Below, piece by piece: positions 9,265-23,507 of a stretch of 64,000 bases of DNA (its first letter is position 1; the number at the start of each line of letters is the position of its first letter). The stretch covers positions 1,163 to 65,162 of the forward strand of contig CAWAXS010000007.1 of the NCBI GenBank assembly GCA_963786055.1, in the 5' to 3' direction. This stretch comes from an uncultured Actinomycetes bacterium (lineage in GTDB: Bacteria; Actinomycetota; Thermoleophilia; Gaiellales; Gaiellaceae). The notes beneath the pieces are model-generated. The model saw nothing but the letters and a program-made list of their open reading frames with translations. It ran no database searches and was not told the origin of the DNA. Made by a program: the position numbers and the translations under genes.

Positions 9265-10398
9265 ATGGACCTCGACCTCACGCCGGAGCAGGAGCTGACC
9301 CGCGACACCGTCCGCTCCTTTGCGCGCGAGCGGGTCGCGCCCGTCGCGGAGGAGCTCGACCGGGAGAGCCGCTTCCCCGTCGAGCTCGTGCGCGAGATGG
9401 CCGGGCTCGGCCTGATGGGCATCCCGATCCCCGAGCAGTACGGCGGCGCGGGCGGCGACACCGTCGCCTACGCGATCGCGATCGAGGAGCTCACGCGAGT
9501 CGACTCGTCCGTCGCGATCACCGTCGCCGCGCACACGTCGCTCGGGACGATGCCGGTCTTCCTGTTCGGCAGCGACGAGCAGAAGGATCGCTGGCTCCCC
9601 GATCTCGCGTCCGGCAGGAGGCTCGCAGCGTTCGGCCTCACCGAGCCGGATGCAGGCTCGGACGCCGGCTCCAGCCGCACGACGGCCGAGCTCCGTGACG
9701 GCTCGTGGGTCGTGAACGGCGCGAAGATGTTCATCACGAACGCGGGCACCGAGCTGACCTGGGGCGTGACGATCACCGCACGCACCGGCGACGACGAGAT
9801 CTCCAACATCGTGGTCGAGAACGGGACGCAGGGCTACACGATCTCCGCCCCCCTGCACAAGCTCGGCTGGAAGGCCTCGGACACGCGGGAGCTGACGTTC
9901 AACGATTGCGCCGTGCCGGAGGGGAACCTGCTGGGGCCGCGTGGGCGCGGCTTCCACCAGTTCCTCGAGATCCTCGACGGCGGCCGCATCTCGGTCGCCG
10001 CGATGGGAGTCGGCCTTGCCCAGGGGGCATACGACCTGGCTCGTGCGTACGCCCGGGAGCGGCACCAGTTCGGGAAGCCGATCGCGAAGTTCCAGACGGT
10101 CGCGTTCAAGCTCGCGGACATGGCGGTCGAGATCGAGGCGGGCCGGCAGCTGGTCTACCGCGCCGCCTGGCTCAAGGACCGCGGCCGCCCGTTCGCGCTC
10201 GAGGCGGCGATGGCGAAGCTCTACACGGGCGAGCTCTCCCACCGCGTCGTGAACCATGCGCTCCAGATCCACGGTGGGTACGGCTTCATGGACGAGTTCC
10301 CGATCTCACGCCTGTACCGCGACCAGAAGATCCTCGAGATCGGGGAAGGCACGAACGAGGTGCAGCGCCTCGTGATCGCCCGCCTGCTCGGGCTGTAG
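9265..10398 (+). CDS. Acyl-CoA dehydrogenase (short/branched-chain type)
   Basis: 377-aa ORF with ACAD family motifs: GLTEPDAGSD, ITNAG, QFGKPIAKFQ, IHGGYGF, and catalytic Glu context EIGEGTNEVQ. Confidence 0.9.
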   Translation: MDLDLTPEQELTRDTVRSFARERVAPVAEELDRESRFPVELVREMAGLGLMGIPIPEQYGGAGGDTVAYAIAIEELTRVDSSVAITVAAHTSLGTMPVFLFGSDEQKDRWLPDLASGRRLAAFGLTEPDAGSDAGSSRTTAELRDGSWVVNGAKMFITNAGTELTWGVTITARTGDDEISNIVVENGTQGYTISAPLHKLGWKASDTRELTFNDCAVPEGNLLGPRGRGFHQFLEILDGGRISVAAMGVGLAQGAYDLARAYARERHQFGKPIAKFQTVAFKLADMAVEIEAGRQLVYRAAWLKDRGRPFALEAAMAKLYTGELSHRVVNHALQIHGGYGFMDEFPISRLYRDQKILEIGEGTNEVQRLVIARLLGL

Positions 10399-10534
10399 CT
10401 CCCCCGGTCGGCGAGACGCGCACGGCTATCCTCGCCGTATCTCCTCCTCGAGGCTCAGCTGCGCGTGGCCGGAAGGGGCGCCGCGGAAGGCTCTCCGCCC
10501 GGTCCGGCCCGTCGTCCTCGTCGGGGCCGTCGCG

Positions 10535-11038
10535 GTGGCGCTCGTGCTGACGGCCGCCGCCCAGGCGCACGTCACGATCACCCCGCCGTTCGTCGATGCG
10601 GGCCTGCGGACGAGGATCGTGTTCGAGACGCCGAACGAGCGCCCGCCGCACGCGACCACGTCGCTCGTGATCGACGCGCCCCCCGGGGTCGAGCTGGCCG
10701 CCGCCGAGGCTCCTCCAGGGTGGCGCCTCGTGCTCTCGGGCAGGCGCGCCCGCTGGACGGGCGGGCGGATCGAGGGTCAGAAGGTCGTGTCGTTCCCGCT
10801 CTTCGTCACCGCGCGTACCCGCGCCGGGCCCGAGGCGTTCCGGGCAGTTCAGGGCTACGACGACGACGAGGTCGTCCGCTGGGACGCGAACCTGAGCGTG
10901 CTCCCCGCCGCCGGGAGCGCGGCTCCGTCTCAGCACCTCGACCGCGCGCTCGCCGCCGGAGCGGTGGGGCTCGTCGTGATCCTCGCCAGCTTCCTCAGCC
11001 TGCGGCTCCTCCGGCGGCGGCCACTTCAAGAGCGATAG
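10535..11038 (+). CDS. YcnI-like (DUF1775) copper-binding protein with C-terminal TM anchor
   Basis: The mature N-terminus HVTITPP is typical of YcnI, and there is a C-terminal TM (AVGLVVILASFLSL). The start is uncertain. The frame upstream encodes a good signal-peptide n-region (RKALRPVRPVVLVG..) but has no start codon. It would join the GTG at 10465 if the G4 run at 10475-10478 carries one extra base. Confidence 0.65.
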   Translation: MALVLTAAAQAHVTITPPFVDAGLRTRIVFETPNERPPHATTSLVIDAPPGVELAAAEAPPGWRLVLSGRRARWTGGRIEGQKVVSFPLFVTARTRAGPEAFRAVQGYDDDEVVRWDANLSVLPAAGSAAPSQHLDRALAAGAVGLVVILASFLSLRLLRRRPLQER

Positions 11039-11066
11039 CGTCGGTCGTTGCTACCGTCGGGCGGCG

Positions 11067-12404
11067 GTGCTCTTCTCACAGGTCCTGAACGACGATCTCG
11101 GGTGCGCCTCGTACCTCGTGGGATGCGAGGAGGCACAGGAGGCTGTCGTGGTCGACCCGCCGCTCGCGATCGAGACCGTCCTCGCCGAGGCCGACCGGCT
11201 GGGGGTCCGGATCGTGCGGGTGCTCGAGACGCACACGCACGCGGACCACGTCTCCGGTCACGGCCGCCTCGCGCTCGACCACGGGATCCCGGTGAGCATC
11301 CATCCCGCCGCAGAGGTCGCCTACCCGAACGACCCTCTCGACGACGGAGACGAGGTGACCGTCGGGACGGTCAAGCTCCGTTGTGTCCACACCCCGGGCC
11401 ACCGTCCCGAGCACTGTTGCCTTGCCGTGATCGACACGACGCGCGCGGACGAGCCATGGCTCGTGCTCACCGGCGACTCGCTCTTCGTCGGAGACACCGC
11501 GCGGCCGGACCTCGCGGTCGGCGCGATGGAGGGCGCGGAAGGGCTCTTCCACTCGCTCCGCCGGCTCCTCGAGCTGCGCGACGGCGTCGAGGTCTTCCCG
11601 GGACACGTGGCCGGCTCGCTGTGCGGCAGGGCGATGAGCGCCCGCGGCTCGACGACCATCGGGTTCGAGCGCCGGTTCAACCCGATGGCCTCGATCCCCG
11701 AGCTGGACGCGTTCGTCGCGGAATCCGCGGCCGTGTCCGCCCCCAAGCCGCCGAACCTGGCACGGATCGTCGAGCTCAACCGCGGCCCCTTCCTGGCCAC
11801 GCAACCACCGCCGCCCGAGCTGCCGGTCCCGGCCGCCGGGTCGCAGCTTCTCGACGTGCGCCCGGTCGCCGACCACCTCGCGGGCCACCTCTCCGGAGCG
11901 GTCGGCGTTCCCGTCTCCGGCACGAGCTTCTCGACGAAGGCCGGCTTCGTGCTCGATGCGGACCGGCCCGTCACGGTGCTCGCCTCGAGCGCGGCGGAGG
12001 CCGAGCGCGCGATCGCGGGCCTGCGCTCCGTCGCGTTCCTCGACATCGCCGGGTACGTCCTCGGCGGCGGCGCGGAGACGACCACTCCGGTGGGCGTCGA
12101 CGAGCTCGAAGGCCTGATCGAGGCGGGCGCGACGGTGATCGACGTCCGCGAGCACGACGAGCGCGACGAGGGCTACATCCCCGGCAGCCGCAACGTCCCG
12201 TATCGCCTCATGCGCACCTGCTGCCCCGACCTCCCCGAGGACCGGCCGATCGTCACGATCTGCAACTCGGGGCCGCGGGCGGCGATCGCCGCCAGCATCC
12301 TCCGGACGAGGGGCCTCGACGCCCGGCCGGTGGTGGACGGCGGGATGAACGAGTGGCTGGCGCGCGGCGCGACGGCGGTCACCTTCCGCCGCTGCGGCAA
12401 CTGA
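11067..12404 (+). CDS. Metallo-beta-lactamase-fold persulfide-dioxygenase-like domain fused to two rhodanese domains
   Basis: THTHADH (HxHxDH) and HTPGH in the N-terminal domain. Two rhodanese modules follow; the second has the active-site loop CNSGPRA. Confidence 0.85.
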   Translation: MLFSQVLNDDLGCASYLVGCEEAQEAVVVDPPLAIETVLAEADRLGVRIVRVLETHTHADHVSGHGRLALDHGIPVSIHPAAEVAYPNDPLDDGDEVTVGTVKLRCVHTPGHRPEHCCLAVIDTTRADEPWLVLTGDSLFVGDTARPDLAVGAMEGAEGLFHSLRRLLELRDGVEVFPGHVAGSLCGRAMSARGSTTIGFERRFNPMASIPELDAFVAESAAVSAPKPPNLARIVELNRGPFLATQPPPPELPVPAAGSQLLDVRPVADHLAGHLSGAVGVPVSGTSFSTKAGFVLDADRPVTVLASSAAEAERAIAGLRSVAFLDIAGYVLGGGAETTTPVGVDELEGLIEAGATVIDVREHDERDEGYIPGSRNVPYRLMRTCCPDLPEDRPIVTICNSGPRAAIAASILRTRGLDARPVVDGGMNEWLARGATAVTFRRCGN

Positions 12405-12457
12405 CTCTCAGACGTCTCGCCTCGCGCAGAAGGGCACAGGACGATGCTAGGACGGTC

Positions 12458-13651
12458 TCAGCGCAACCGGCGTACGGTATACCCCCCTTCTGCCAGCGCG
12501 CGGATCACGAGCTGCGAGTGCTCCTCTCCCCTGGTCTCGAGGGTCAGCTCGGCCTCGGTCTCGAGCACGCCGATGTTGCGACCCTCCCGGTGGTGCTGGA
12601 TCGCGAGGATGTTCGCGCGCTGCGCGGAGATCGTCGCGACGATCCGGGTGAGCTCTCCGGGCCGGTCGGGGATCAGCAGCGCGACCACCAGATAGCGCCC
12701 CGACGCCGTCAGCCCGTAGCGGATCACGGAGCTCATGGTCGTCGCGTCGATGTTGCCGCCCGCCAGGATCGCGCACGCAGGCCCGTCGCCGCCCGCCCGT
12801 CCGGCGAGGATCGCCGCCACCGGTGCGGCGCCGGCGCCCTCGACCACGAGCTTCGAGCGCTCGAGCAGGAGGACGATCGCCTGCGAGATCTCCTCGTCGT
12901 CCACGACGACGACGTCGTCGAGCAGGTCCGAGAGGATCGCGCCCGTGAGCGTACCGGGGTGCTTCACCGCGATCCCGTCGGCGATCGTGGCACCGGAGGG
13001 CTCGCGTCCGGCGAAGGGTGCGCACGCCGCCGACTGCACGCCCACCAGGCGGATCTCGGGTCGCAGGTGGTCGAGCGCCACGGCGATGCCGGCTGCGAGG
13101 CCTCCGCCGCCGACGGGGATCACCACCGTCCCTTCGCCCGAGGGGAGCTGTCCGGTGAGCTCGAGCCCGAGCGTTCCCTGCCCCGCGATGACGCGCACGT
13201 CCTCGAACGCGTGCACGAAGGTGGCGCCCGTCTCGTCCGCTCTCGTGCGGGCGACCGCGAGCGTCTCGTCGAAGCCCTCGCCTGCCAGCTCGACCTGCGC
13301 GCCGTACCCGCGCGCCGCCTCGACCTTCGCCATCGGCGCGGCCTCGGGGACGAAGATCGTCGCCGGGATGCCCGCCTGCCTCGCCGCCCACGCGACGGCC
13401 TGCCCGTGGTTCCCTGCGCTGGCGGTCACGACCCCCTTGCCCCGCTCCTCCTCCGACAGCTGCGCGACCGTGTTGTAGGCGCCTCGGATCTTGAACGCGC
13501 CCGTGCGCTGGAGGTTCTCCGCCTTCAGGAGCACCGGTCGCCCGGCGACGCGCGAGAGCGTCTCGGACGAGTAGACGGGCGTCACGCGCGCGACCCCGTG
13601 GAGTCGCTCCTGTGCCGCCCGGAGGTCGTCGATCGTCGGTCGCTCGCTCAC
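12458..13651 (-). CDS. ilvA: Threonine ammonia-lyase (dehydratase) with C-terminal ACT-like domain
   Basis: C-terminal 397 aa of ORF 12458..14602. PLP-Lys motif TGAFKIRGA, plus SAGNHGQAVA and GGGGL. The GTG start at 13651 overlaps the meaB stop (GTGA). Confidence 0.85.
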   Translation of the reverse strand: MSERPTIDDLRAAQERLHGVARVTPVYSSETLSRVAGRPVLLKAENLQRTGAFKIRGAYNTVAQLSEEERGKGVVTASAGNHGQAVAWAARQAGIPATIFVPEAAPMAKVEAARGYGAQVELAGEGFDETLAVARTRADETGATFVHAFEDVRVIAGQGTLGLELTGQLPSGEGTVVIPVGGGGLAAGIAVALDHLRPEIRLVGVQSAACAPFAGREPSGATIADGIAVKHPGTLTGAILSDLLDDVVVVDDEEISQAIVLLLERSKLVVEGAGAAPVAAILAGRAGGDGPACAILAGGNIDATTMSSVIRYGLTASGRYLVVALLIPDRPGELTRIVATISAQRANILAIQHHREGRNIGVLETEAELTLETRGEEHSQLVIRALAEGGYTVRRLR

Positions 13652-14616
13652 GCCGCCCCGCCCGTCACGAGCTCGACCACGGCCGCGACCGCCGTGAGGG
13701 GATCGACCTCGCGCCGCTGCACGCCTCCCATCAGCTCCCGCATCGCCGGATCGCCCTCCATCGTCTGGCGGACGAGCTGCCTGATCCGGGCGACGGCCAG
13801 CGCCTCGACCTCGCCGCTCAGGTTTCGCTGACGGCGGACGTCGAGCTCGCCGCGATCGTCGAGCTGACGGCGCCGCTGCTCGAGCGCGTCCCAGAGCTCC
13901 GGCACGCCCTCGCCGCGAAGCGCCTCCGTGAGGAGGATCGTCGGCCGCCGCTCCCGCACCGGGTCGAGGGCGACGATCGACCGCACCTCCTGCAGCATCG
14001 TCCCGGCCGCCGGGTGGTCCATCTTGTTGATCGCGATCACATCCGGAATCTCCATGATCCCCGCCTTGAGCGCCTGCACGGAGTCGCCCGAGCCGGGCAT
14101 GAGGACGAGGAGGACGACGTCGGCGATGCCGATCACCTCGACCTCGCTCTGCCCCGTCCCGACCGTCTCGAGGAACACGACGTCCTTGCCGGAGGCGTCC
14201 ACCAGGAGGAGCGCCTGAAGGGTCGCCTCGGCGAGCCCGCCGAGATGCCCACGCGTCCCCATCGAGCGGATGTAGACGTCGGGGTCGAGGAAGTGGTCGG
14301 CGAGCCGGATCCTGTCTCCGAGCAGCGCTCCCCGGGTGAACGGACTCGAAGGGTCGACCGACACGACGCCGACGCTCCGGCCCAGCCCGCGGACGTGCCC
14401 CACCAGCGCGCTGACGAGCGACGACTTCCCGACACCCGGCGGGCCGGTGACCCCGATCGAGGCGGCGCGACCGGTGTCGGGGTAGACGCGGCGGACGAGC
14501 TCCTCCGCTTCGGGGGCGCGATCCTCGACGAGCGAGATCGCGCGCGCGAGCGCGCGGCGATCGCCGGCCCGGACGCCGGTGACGAGCTCGTCCTGCGTCC
14601 ACCCACGCGCTGCCAT
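13648..14616 (-). CDS. meaB: MeaB/ArgK-type G3E GTPase (methylmalonyl-CoA-mutase-associated chaperone family)
   Basis: C-terminal 322 aa of ORF 13648..16113. Walker A GPPGVGKSS, then ETVGTGQSE and NKMD. Confidence 0.85.
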   Translation of the reverse strand: MAARGWTQDELVTGVRAGDRRALARAISLVEDRAPEAEELVRRVYPDTGRAASIGVTGPPGVGKSSLVSALVGHVRGLGRSVGVVSVDPSSPFTRGALLGDRIRLADHFLDPDVYIRSMGTRGHLGGLAEATLQALLLVDASGKDVVFLETVGTGQSEVEVIGIADVVLLVLMPGSGDSVQALKAGIMEIPDVIAINKMDHPAAGTMLQEVRSIVALDPVRERRPTILLTEALRGEGVPELWDALEQRRRQLDDRGELDVRRQRNLSGEVEALAVARIRQLVRQTMEGDPAMRELMGGVQRREVDPLTAVAAVVELVTGGAA

Positions 14617-14627
14617 CCCCGGTGACT

Positions 14628-15995
14628 CTACGAGGTCGGTCGGCCCTCGGGGTCGCGCGGCGCGAGGACGGCGACGTCCGGTCGGGCCCGCTGCTGCTCG
14701 CGCCGGCGCGTCTCCTCGATCTCGTCCATCAGCACGCGGATCCGCTCGAGCCCTGCCGGCGGCTCCTCTGCGGGCCTGTCGGCCGCCACCTTCTCCCGGA
14801 TGCGGCTCGTCAGCACGACAGCCATCACGGCTGCGACGAGATACACGCAGCCGGCGACGGCCCAGGCGGCCCGTGCTCCCGCGTAGTCGACGAGCAGCCC
14901 CGCGCCGGCCATCGAGATGCCGAGGACGGCGTAGTACGTGGACATCAGGAGGGACAGCACCCGCCCCCGCATGGCGTCCGGAGCCCCCCGCTGGACGAAG
15001 ACCTGGTTGCAGACGATCGCGACACCGTTCCCGATCGTGGCGAGCCCGGCGAGGAGCGCGGCCACGACGATCGTCGGCGACGCGGACGCAAGCCCGAAGC
15101 CGGCTCCCATGAGCGCCAGCGCACCGCCGTAGACGCGGGTCATCCCGAGCGCGCCGAGCGCCGAGGCCGCGAAGAAGCTTCCGATCACGAGGCCGACGCC
15201 GGTGGCGCTGACGAGGAAGCCGAGCCCGATGTTCCCGGCGTCCAGGTCGTGCTTCGCGAGGACGACCTCGGCGACGTTGACGCAGGCGGTCGCCACGGCC
15301 GCAGTGCTCCAGACGACGAGCACCGTGACGAGAGACCGCGACCCGACGACGAGGCCGAGCCCCTCCCTGAGATCGCTCCAGTGCCCCTTCGTGATGGGCT
15401 CGTCGGAGCGGAGCGCGTGCGCGGGGATCCGCATGACGAGCAGCGCGGAAGCCAGGAACGTCACGGCGTTCACCCAGTACGCGACGTCCTGCCCGCGTGC
15501 TGCGAGGAGGAGGCCGGCGACGGCCGGCCCGATGGTCCACGCGACGTTCTCGACGGTCGTGAGCAGCGACGTCGCCTGCTCTCGGTCGTCGTCCGTGACG
15601 AGGTTCGGGAGGCCGGCCCAGACCGCGGGACGGAAGAAGCCGGTGGCGATGCCGTTGACAGCGGCGAGTGCGACGATGACGGGTGCGTGGTCGACGAACG
15701 GCAGGGCCGTGAACGTCGCCGCGCGGACGAGGTCCGATGCGACCATCAGCCGCCGCCGCGAGAGCCGGTCGACGAGCGGGCCGAGGGTCAGCCCGATCAC
15801 CACGATGGGCAGGAAGTCGGCGATCAGGAGCGCCGCGAGCCAGCGCCCGGAGCCGGTGAGGTCGTAGATGTGGACCGACAGCGCGAGCGCCGCGAGGTAC
15901 GTGCCCACCGCCGATCCGGCGGTCGCCCAGAAGAGCAGCGAGAAACTCCGGTTGCGGCGGAGGAGGGACAGACGGCCTGTCGCTCCGTCGGGCAC
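14628..15995 (-). CDS. MFS transporter (EntS/MFS_3-like, 455 aa)
   Basis: 12-TM-type hydrophobic profile with the MFS loop motif GPLVDRLSRRR. Confidence 0.8.
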   Translation of the reverse strand: MPDGATGRLSLLRRNRSFSLLFWATAGSAVGTYLAALALSVHIYDLTGSGRWLAALLIADFLPIVVIGLTLGPLVDRLSRRRLMVASDLVRAATFTALPFVDHAPVIVALAAVNGIATGFFRPAVWAGLPNLVTDDDREQATSLLTTVENVAWTIGPAVAGLLLAARGQDVAYWVNAVTFLASALLVMRIPAHALRSDEPITKGHWSDLREGLGLVVGSRSLVTVLVVWSTAAVATACVNVAEVVLAKHDLDAGNIGLGFLVSATGVGLVIGSFFAASALGALGMTRVYGGALALMGAGFGLASASPTIVVAALLAGLATIGNGVAIVCNQVFVQRGAPDAMRGRVLSLLMSTYYAVLGISMAGAGLLVDYAGARAAWAVAGCVYLVAAVMAVVLTSRIREKVAADRPAEEPPAGLERIRVLMDEIEETRRREQQRARPDVAVLAPRDPEGRPTS

Positions 15996-16001
15996 GCGAG
16001 G

Positions 16002-16007
16002 ACGCTA
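16002..16007 (-). promoter_or_regulatory. Candidate -10 box TAGCGT, 6 nt upstream of the GTG at 15995
   Basis: Seen directly (plus strand acgcta), with no SD. Confidence 0.3.
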
Positions 16008-16167
16008 CCACCGGCGGCCGACGCGCAACAGTGGCCGAAACCGCCAGGGTGACCGCACCTGAGCTGTTGCCCGAGTCAGGCGCTGACGCGGCCAAGGTCG
16101 CCTGCCCATCCACCGCTCACTCATTCTCGGCACCCTCGAACGAGGCGCGCTCACCCATCCGGGGAAG

Positions 16168-16185
16168 CGGCGGTCTAGACCGCCG
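16168..16185 (-). terminator. Perfect 18-nt palindrome CGGCGGTC-TA-GACCGCCG downstream of the metH-hypothetical gene pair
   Basis: Seen directly, 15 nt after the stop at 16201. No U-tail. Confidence 0.4.
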
Positions 16186-16200
16186 AACCCCAACGTTGGT

Positions 16201-16890
16201 CTAGGCCACCGGGCCCTTGGGGCGCGCTGCCTTCGCCATCCGCGCGGCAACGACCGATGCGAGGGCTACCCGGTCGACCGTTTCCACGGGCCGCCCGATC
16301 GACGTGAACAGGAGCCCGGACTGGATGCGCCCGTGCTGGAGGACGACCGCGTCGACGTACGCGCGAATCTGCTGAGCGCCGCCGACGCTGATGCTGAGGA
16401 CGAGGCGGTAGGCGGTCGCCTTGGGCGAGACCGAGGGGAACGGCACGCGCTTCGCCGAGAGGACGGTGATCTTCTGTCCCGGGGCGGCCGAGAGCCGGAC
16501 GATGTCGGCGAGGCAGGTCGTGGTCTGTGCCGCGGTGCCCCTTCGCCACGACGCGTTCGCCTCACGGAGCGTCCGGTACACCTGTGCGGTCGAGCCGACC
16601 GTGACGAACACCGCGCCCTGCTCGAAGCGGAAGTCGGGCGACGCCGCGTCGCCGGTCACGGTCAGGTCGCTCTCGTCGAGGGCGCCGCATCGCGCACCCT
16701 TCGGGAGGCGGTCGTCGTCGCCCCGCGGCTTCGGAGTGAAGCCGGAGCCCAGGTCGGCGCGCTTGAGGACGACGGAGCGCGCGGTCTTCTGGCCCTCCTT
16801 CGTCAGGGACTTGCGCGGCTGGCCGTCGGCGGCCGTTGCGACGGACGCGACGAGGGCGAGGATCGCGATCGCCATGACGAGCGCACGCAT
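16201..16890 (-). CDS. Secreted hypothetical protein
   Basis: ORF 16201..16917. I prefer the start MRALVMAIAILALVASVATA (signal peptide), which avoids overlap with metH. No family recognised. Confidence 0.5.
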   Translation of the reverse strand: MRALVMAIAILALVASVATAADGQPRKSLTKEGQKTARSVVLKRADLGSGFTPKPRGDDDRLPKGARCGALDESDLTVTGDAASPDFRFEQGAVFVTVGSTAQVYRTLREANASWRRGTAAQTTTCLADIVRLSAAPGQKITVLSAKRVPFPSVSPKATAYRLVLSISVGGAQQIRAYVDAVVLQHGRIQSGLLFTSIGRPVETVDRVALASVVAARMAKAARPKGPVA

Positions 16891-16913
16891 CAGCCCACTG
16901 TACTCCCCACCTC

Positions 16914-20552
<3,639 letters not shown>

Positions 20553-20754
20553 GTCCCTCCTTCACGAGTCGGCGACCACACCTGCGAGCGGTCCCGGCCG
20601 GACGGCGCGGGGGCTCTTTAGGCGTTTGTTGACCCGGTCGCCAAGCTGCCTCAAAGCTCTCCGGGACCACTCACGATAGCGCCCGTCGCCATGGGCGCAA
20701 TCCCTGCGCGCCGGGCCTGGCCAGAGAACGACGCGCCGGGTGCAGGCCCTGGGT
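20553..20754 (-). promoter_or_regulatory. Structured ~200-nt spacer / 5' leader of metH (candidate riboswitch-like element, class unknown)
   Basis: Read on the minus strand, GAGUGGUCCCGG can pair with CCGGGACCGCUC (12 bp, one G-U) about 64 nt downstream. GGCGACC can pair with GGUCGCC just upstream of the SD GAAGGAGGG. Confidence 0.35.
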
Positions 20755-21192
20755 TCAGCCGGTGGTCCGACCGGACACCGAGAGTTGGTTCTCGGCGTGG
20801 CGGATGCGCTGCTCGAGCTGCCAGCGGTCGGCGGCGGACTCGCCCGCCTCGACCTTCTCCAGCTCCGCCTTCGCGGCCTCGAGCTGCGCCTGCGCGCGGG
20901 CGTCGTCGATCTCCTTGACGTTCACCGCGTCGTCGACGAGCGCGAGAGCCCGGTCGAGCTCGACCTTGAAGAAGCCCGGCCCGGTCGCGAACTCGAGGAT
21001 CTCGTTGCCGCCGACGTGCACCCGGGTGGAGCCCGCCTTGAGCGTCGCCACGAGCGGAGCGTGGCGAGCCAGGACACCGATCTCACCGGCAGCGCCGGGG
21101 ACGATCAGCATGTGCGCCTCGCCCTGGAAGACCGGGCCGTCGGGGGTGACGACGGCGACGTCGAACGCGGGATGATCCGTCACGTCCGCCAT
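20755..21192 (-). CDS. atpC: F1 ATP synthase epsilon subunit
   Basis: 145-aa ORF with an epsilon beta-sandwich N-terminus (VVTPDGPVFQGEA..LIVPGAAGEIGVL) and a helical C-terminus. Confidence 0.93.
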   Translation of the reverse strand: MADVTDHPAFDVAVVTPDGPVFQGEAHMLIVPGAAGEIGVLARHAPLVATLKAGSTRVHVGGNEILEFATGPGFFKVELDRALALVDDAVNVKEIDDARAQAQLEAAKAELEKVEAGESAADRWQLEQRIRHAENQLSVSGRTTG

Positions 21193-21227
21193 CTCGGTTT
21201 CCTAGCCTGAGGCGGCCGGAGGTCGCA

Positions 21228-22763
<1,536 letters not shown>

Positions 22764-22867
22764 TCATCAGCGCCTCGACACGCTCGGCGTGGTCGAGCCG
22801 TCAGACGTCGGACGTGACGAAGGTGGGCGTCACGAACACGTTCCCAGCGTACGCGAGAGCCGCCGGC

Positions 22868-23488
22868 TCAGCCGGACGGTGCGGCGGGCACGGCGACCAT
22901 GTTCACGGGCGCCCAGTAGTCGACGCGCCACGGCGCGTCGCTCCCGCCGCGCTGCCGCAGCCCGATGTAGAAGGCCGTCGGCCCGAGCCCGTCCGGGTTC
23001 TTGCCCGGGGTGAGCAGGACCTCCAGGATGACGTGCCCCGGGCTCACCTCGTTGACCGAGAAGGCTGCCCCCTGGAGGCCCTTCGTCGGGAAGTACTGCA
23101 CCGGGATGTTCCCGGTGAGCCACTCCTTGTAGGTGCAGGCGCAGTCCTGCTTCAGCTGGCGATCGGCGAGCTTCCACGCCTTCGGCATGTCCTCACGGCC
23201 GACGGCTGCGAGGACGAACTCGCCGGCTGCCACGCGGGCCGCCTTCGGAACGTCGCTCTCCTTCGGCGTCGTCGTCGTGTTCGCGTTGTAGTCCTCGGAG
23301 CCGTAGCCCGAGGGCGTCGATCCCGCGGCGGCCGACGTCGAGGTGTCGTTCGAGCCGAGCCGCACCGTCACGAACGCGACGATGCCGGCGATCAGGACGA
23401 GGGCGGAGCCCCACAGGAGTACACGACTGACCCCAGGCGAACGAAGGCGCTCGATCACGAACGGAGGGTAGCCGACCCGATTTGGCAA
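22868..23488 (-). CDS. Membrane-anchored hypothetical protein (N-terminal TM, extracytoplasmic domain)
   Basis: 206-aa ORF with TTG start (an alternative GTG lies 11 codons in). TM segment is VLLWGSALVLIAGIVAFVTV. It is the last gene of the MoxR/vWA block. Confidence 0.5.
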   Translation of the reverse strand: MPNRVGYPPFVIERLRSPGVSRVLLWGSALVLIAGIVAFVTVRLGSNDTSTSAAAGSTPSGYGSEDYNANTTTTPKESDVPKAARVAAGEFVLAAVGREDMPKAWKLADRQLKQDCACTYKEWLTGNIPVQYFPTKGLQGAAFSVNEVSPGHVILEVLLTPGKNPDGLGPTAFYIGLRQRGGSDAPWRVDYWAPVNMVAVPAAPSG

Positions 23489-23507
23489 TTCGTTCGGCGC
23501 ATGTGAA

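Noticed and set aside
11048-13831. 927-aa plus-strand ORF, plus many similar long ORFs (e.g. 287..1492, 940..2073, 5668..6912, 24626..26896, 44922..46292)
   Set aside because: They overlap well-supported genes in other frames or on the other strand and are Arg/Pro-rich without motifs. I treat them as G+C artefacts.
13648-16113. Very long N-terminal extensions of real genes in the ORF track (13648..16113, 12458..14602, 24474..26756, 25106..26929, 26919..28724, 48171..50666, 49463..50971)
   Set aside because: Family homology begins at internal GTG/ATG codons that overlap the upstream gene's stop by 4 nt. The extensions run through the upstream gene in a different frame.
20553-20754. Cobalamin riboswitch upstream of metH
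   Set aside because: No B12-box-like sequence (GCCACUG-type core) was seen, and B12 riboswitches normally control metE rather than metH. The element is kept only as an unclassified structured leader.
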